A stretch of DNA of 64,000 bases from Squalus acanthias (lineage: Eukaryota). Shown here one piece after another: positions 62,117-64,000 of the stretch. The notes beneath the pieces are model-generated. The model was not told where the DNA came from and ran no database searches. It saw only the letters and a program-made list of their open reading frames with translations. Numbering within the stretch: the stretch's first letter is position 1; each line of letters begins with the position of its first letter. A program made the translations under genes and the position numbers. The DNA is taken from assembly GCA_030390025.1 (NCBI GenBank), contig CM059432.1, positions 43,650,001-43,714,000 of the forward strand, given 5' to 3'.

Positions 62117-64000
62117 AAGCCAAATTATTGTCTTCAGTTGACCTCCACCTTTCTGGTATATTGCACTTGCCAGTTCATTATCATAATGTTTTCGTACTAT
62201 AAACAGAGACCTAGACAAGCATGCACATTATGTGCAAATATGTACACTTTTTACCCTCTTTGGGTGGCATATTCGACGTTGCACTTGATAGCTCATACTG
62301 TAACAGCTGGTTTCCTGATCAAGAGATCTTAGCCGGGAGATGGTTGCCGCTCTACCCAGACCAGACATCACCTCACAAAGGGAAGGGAAAGTCAGATAGG
62401 AAGTTTCAATTGCACTATCCTTGTGCGTCCCCTGGTGTACTATGATAAGTACATTACTGGAAAAGGAAACTGCAAGTGTTCCTCATACATCCTGAAAAAT
62501 ATGGAATAAGGCACACTGCCAGCTTGCTTTTTTCATGTTGAAACCACGAGTAAACATAAAATGAACCCGAATTCCAGTATGGAATCCACCATTAATAAAA
62601 TATTAAAACTATATACTTTCTGTAAGTCCAAGCATCCAAATTTTTTCTATCATTTGACAAACTATTTGATAAACTCTGATATGGAGCAGCCTTAAAGGGA
62701 CCACTACAGGCTACTCCAAAAATGAAGCGCTGCTCCTGGCCTCACAAAGATACCCTGGCGCGCTGCTGGTTCCGAGAGTGCCTTCCGCCCCCAACCTCCC
62801 TCCCCCGAGATCGCCTCCCCACCAGGTCCAAACTGTCAGCCATCTCAGTGTATGAACCGGATGATTTCCCACTGTCCCCTACTGGTAAGCAGGCTAGGAG
62901 TCCCCATTCGGCACTGGCAGCTCACAGCCGCATGCTAGTGAGGCCCAACCACCAAGATGGCTCCGACCTCTCACTGCTGCGATCGGGTGGGCAGTACAAT
63001 CACAACACCCGCAGACCACCCGATTACCGCAGCAAACCAAAATCAGTCCCTACACGTTGTAATATCATACTGGTGGCAGGCAGGGTGGTGACATGAAACT
63101 ACAAAAGACAGAATACCTAATATGATGGCGGGGAAATTGCACTGCTGATCCAGGCAAAAACTCACTTCAGAAACGATCGGTTCTGTATCCATTGGTGGAT
63201 CATTCCATCAAGAAAAGGGCTCAGTTAACGGAACTATTCCTAGAGTTGTGGCAAATTATGTAACAATGGTTTCAACAACCAGACACAAAAAGCTAATACA
63301 TTCATGAATTGTGCTCTTTTACTGGCAGTATTTTCTTAGCAGCGTTTCTTTGCTCTGTGCTACACGTCAGAAATCGGCATATTCTAAAAATGCTGCTGGT
63401 AAATTAATGCTCTGAAGAGAGGAGATTTTACCAAGATAGGCAGAAGGATTTATATGCCTATCACAAGGAAATTCTTTAGTTCAACAGCTACTAGGCGAAA
63501 GCTGTAAAGATGTAATTTAACTGTTGTGTTAAAAAATGAGAGAAATAAAACAGAACTAAGAACTTTATTAATAAGCTAATTGTTACTCAGTCTTGGTATA
63601 GTAAACCCCTTTTGAGATAATAATGCATGATAAACCTATTGTCCTAAAATGTGTATTTATATATGTATGTTTTTGATATATACGTCATGGAATATAAATT
63701 CATGCATTGTCAGATCAATACATTCAAATCACCAAAGGGGTGAGTTTCCTTGGCATTTTTGGCATACTGATCAATCAGGAACACCACAGGAAGTTTTGTT
63801 AATGAACAAATTCAGGTGTAGCCATTTCTGCTACTTGTACACCTTTGAGACACTTCTCCTGAGTTTCCTCATGGTTTTTGAGCCTTCCCGCGATCTGCCC
63901 ATCAAGACCACGCTGGCCCTGTTTGCCTATGTTAGAGTGGGAACCAGTGATGTAGCAGCTGCAAGTTTCCTGGGTTTGCACTGCGATTGCATTCTGGGCA

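Noticed and set aside
62685..63100. GC-rich segment and 124-aa ORF
   Set aside because: Resembles decayed MITE interior; no TIR/TSD pair or protein family could be established.

Overview
Repeat-dense eukaryotic (vertebrate) DNA. The repeat repertoire suggests a cartilaginous fish, but that is inference. No host protein-coding gene could be supported; the window looks intronic or intergenic. It is a mosaic of nested transposons: (i) about ten PIF/Harbinger DNA transposons and derivatives with 11-18 bp TIRs and 3-bp TSDs. Two have convergent DDE-transposase and Myb/SANT genes. Three lack the transposase catalytic core but keep Myb/SANT sequence: two keep the spliced three-exon Myb/coiled-coil gene and one keeps only exon 1. 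(ii) CR1 and L2-type LINEs, including a full-length CR1 interrupted by a younger CR1. (iii) A Penelope-like insertion with inverted pseudo-LTRs carrying two minimal hammerhead ribozymes, the innermost layer of a four-level nest. (iv) A G-rich ~20-22 bp minisatellite spanning ~6.7 kb inside a probable MITE, with a TGTA...TACA solo LTR inserted in it and partly duplicated. All alignments and coordinates were read by eye; no searches were run.
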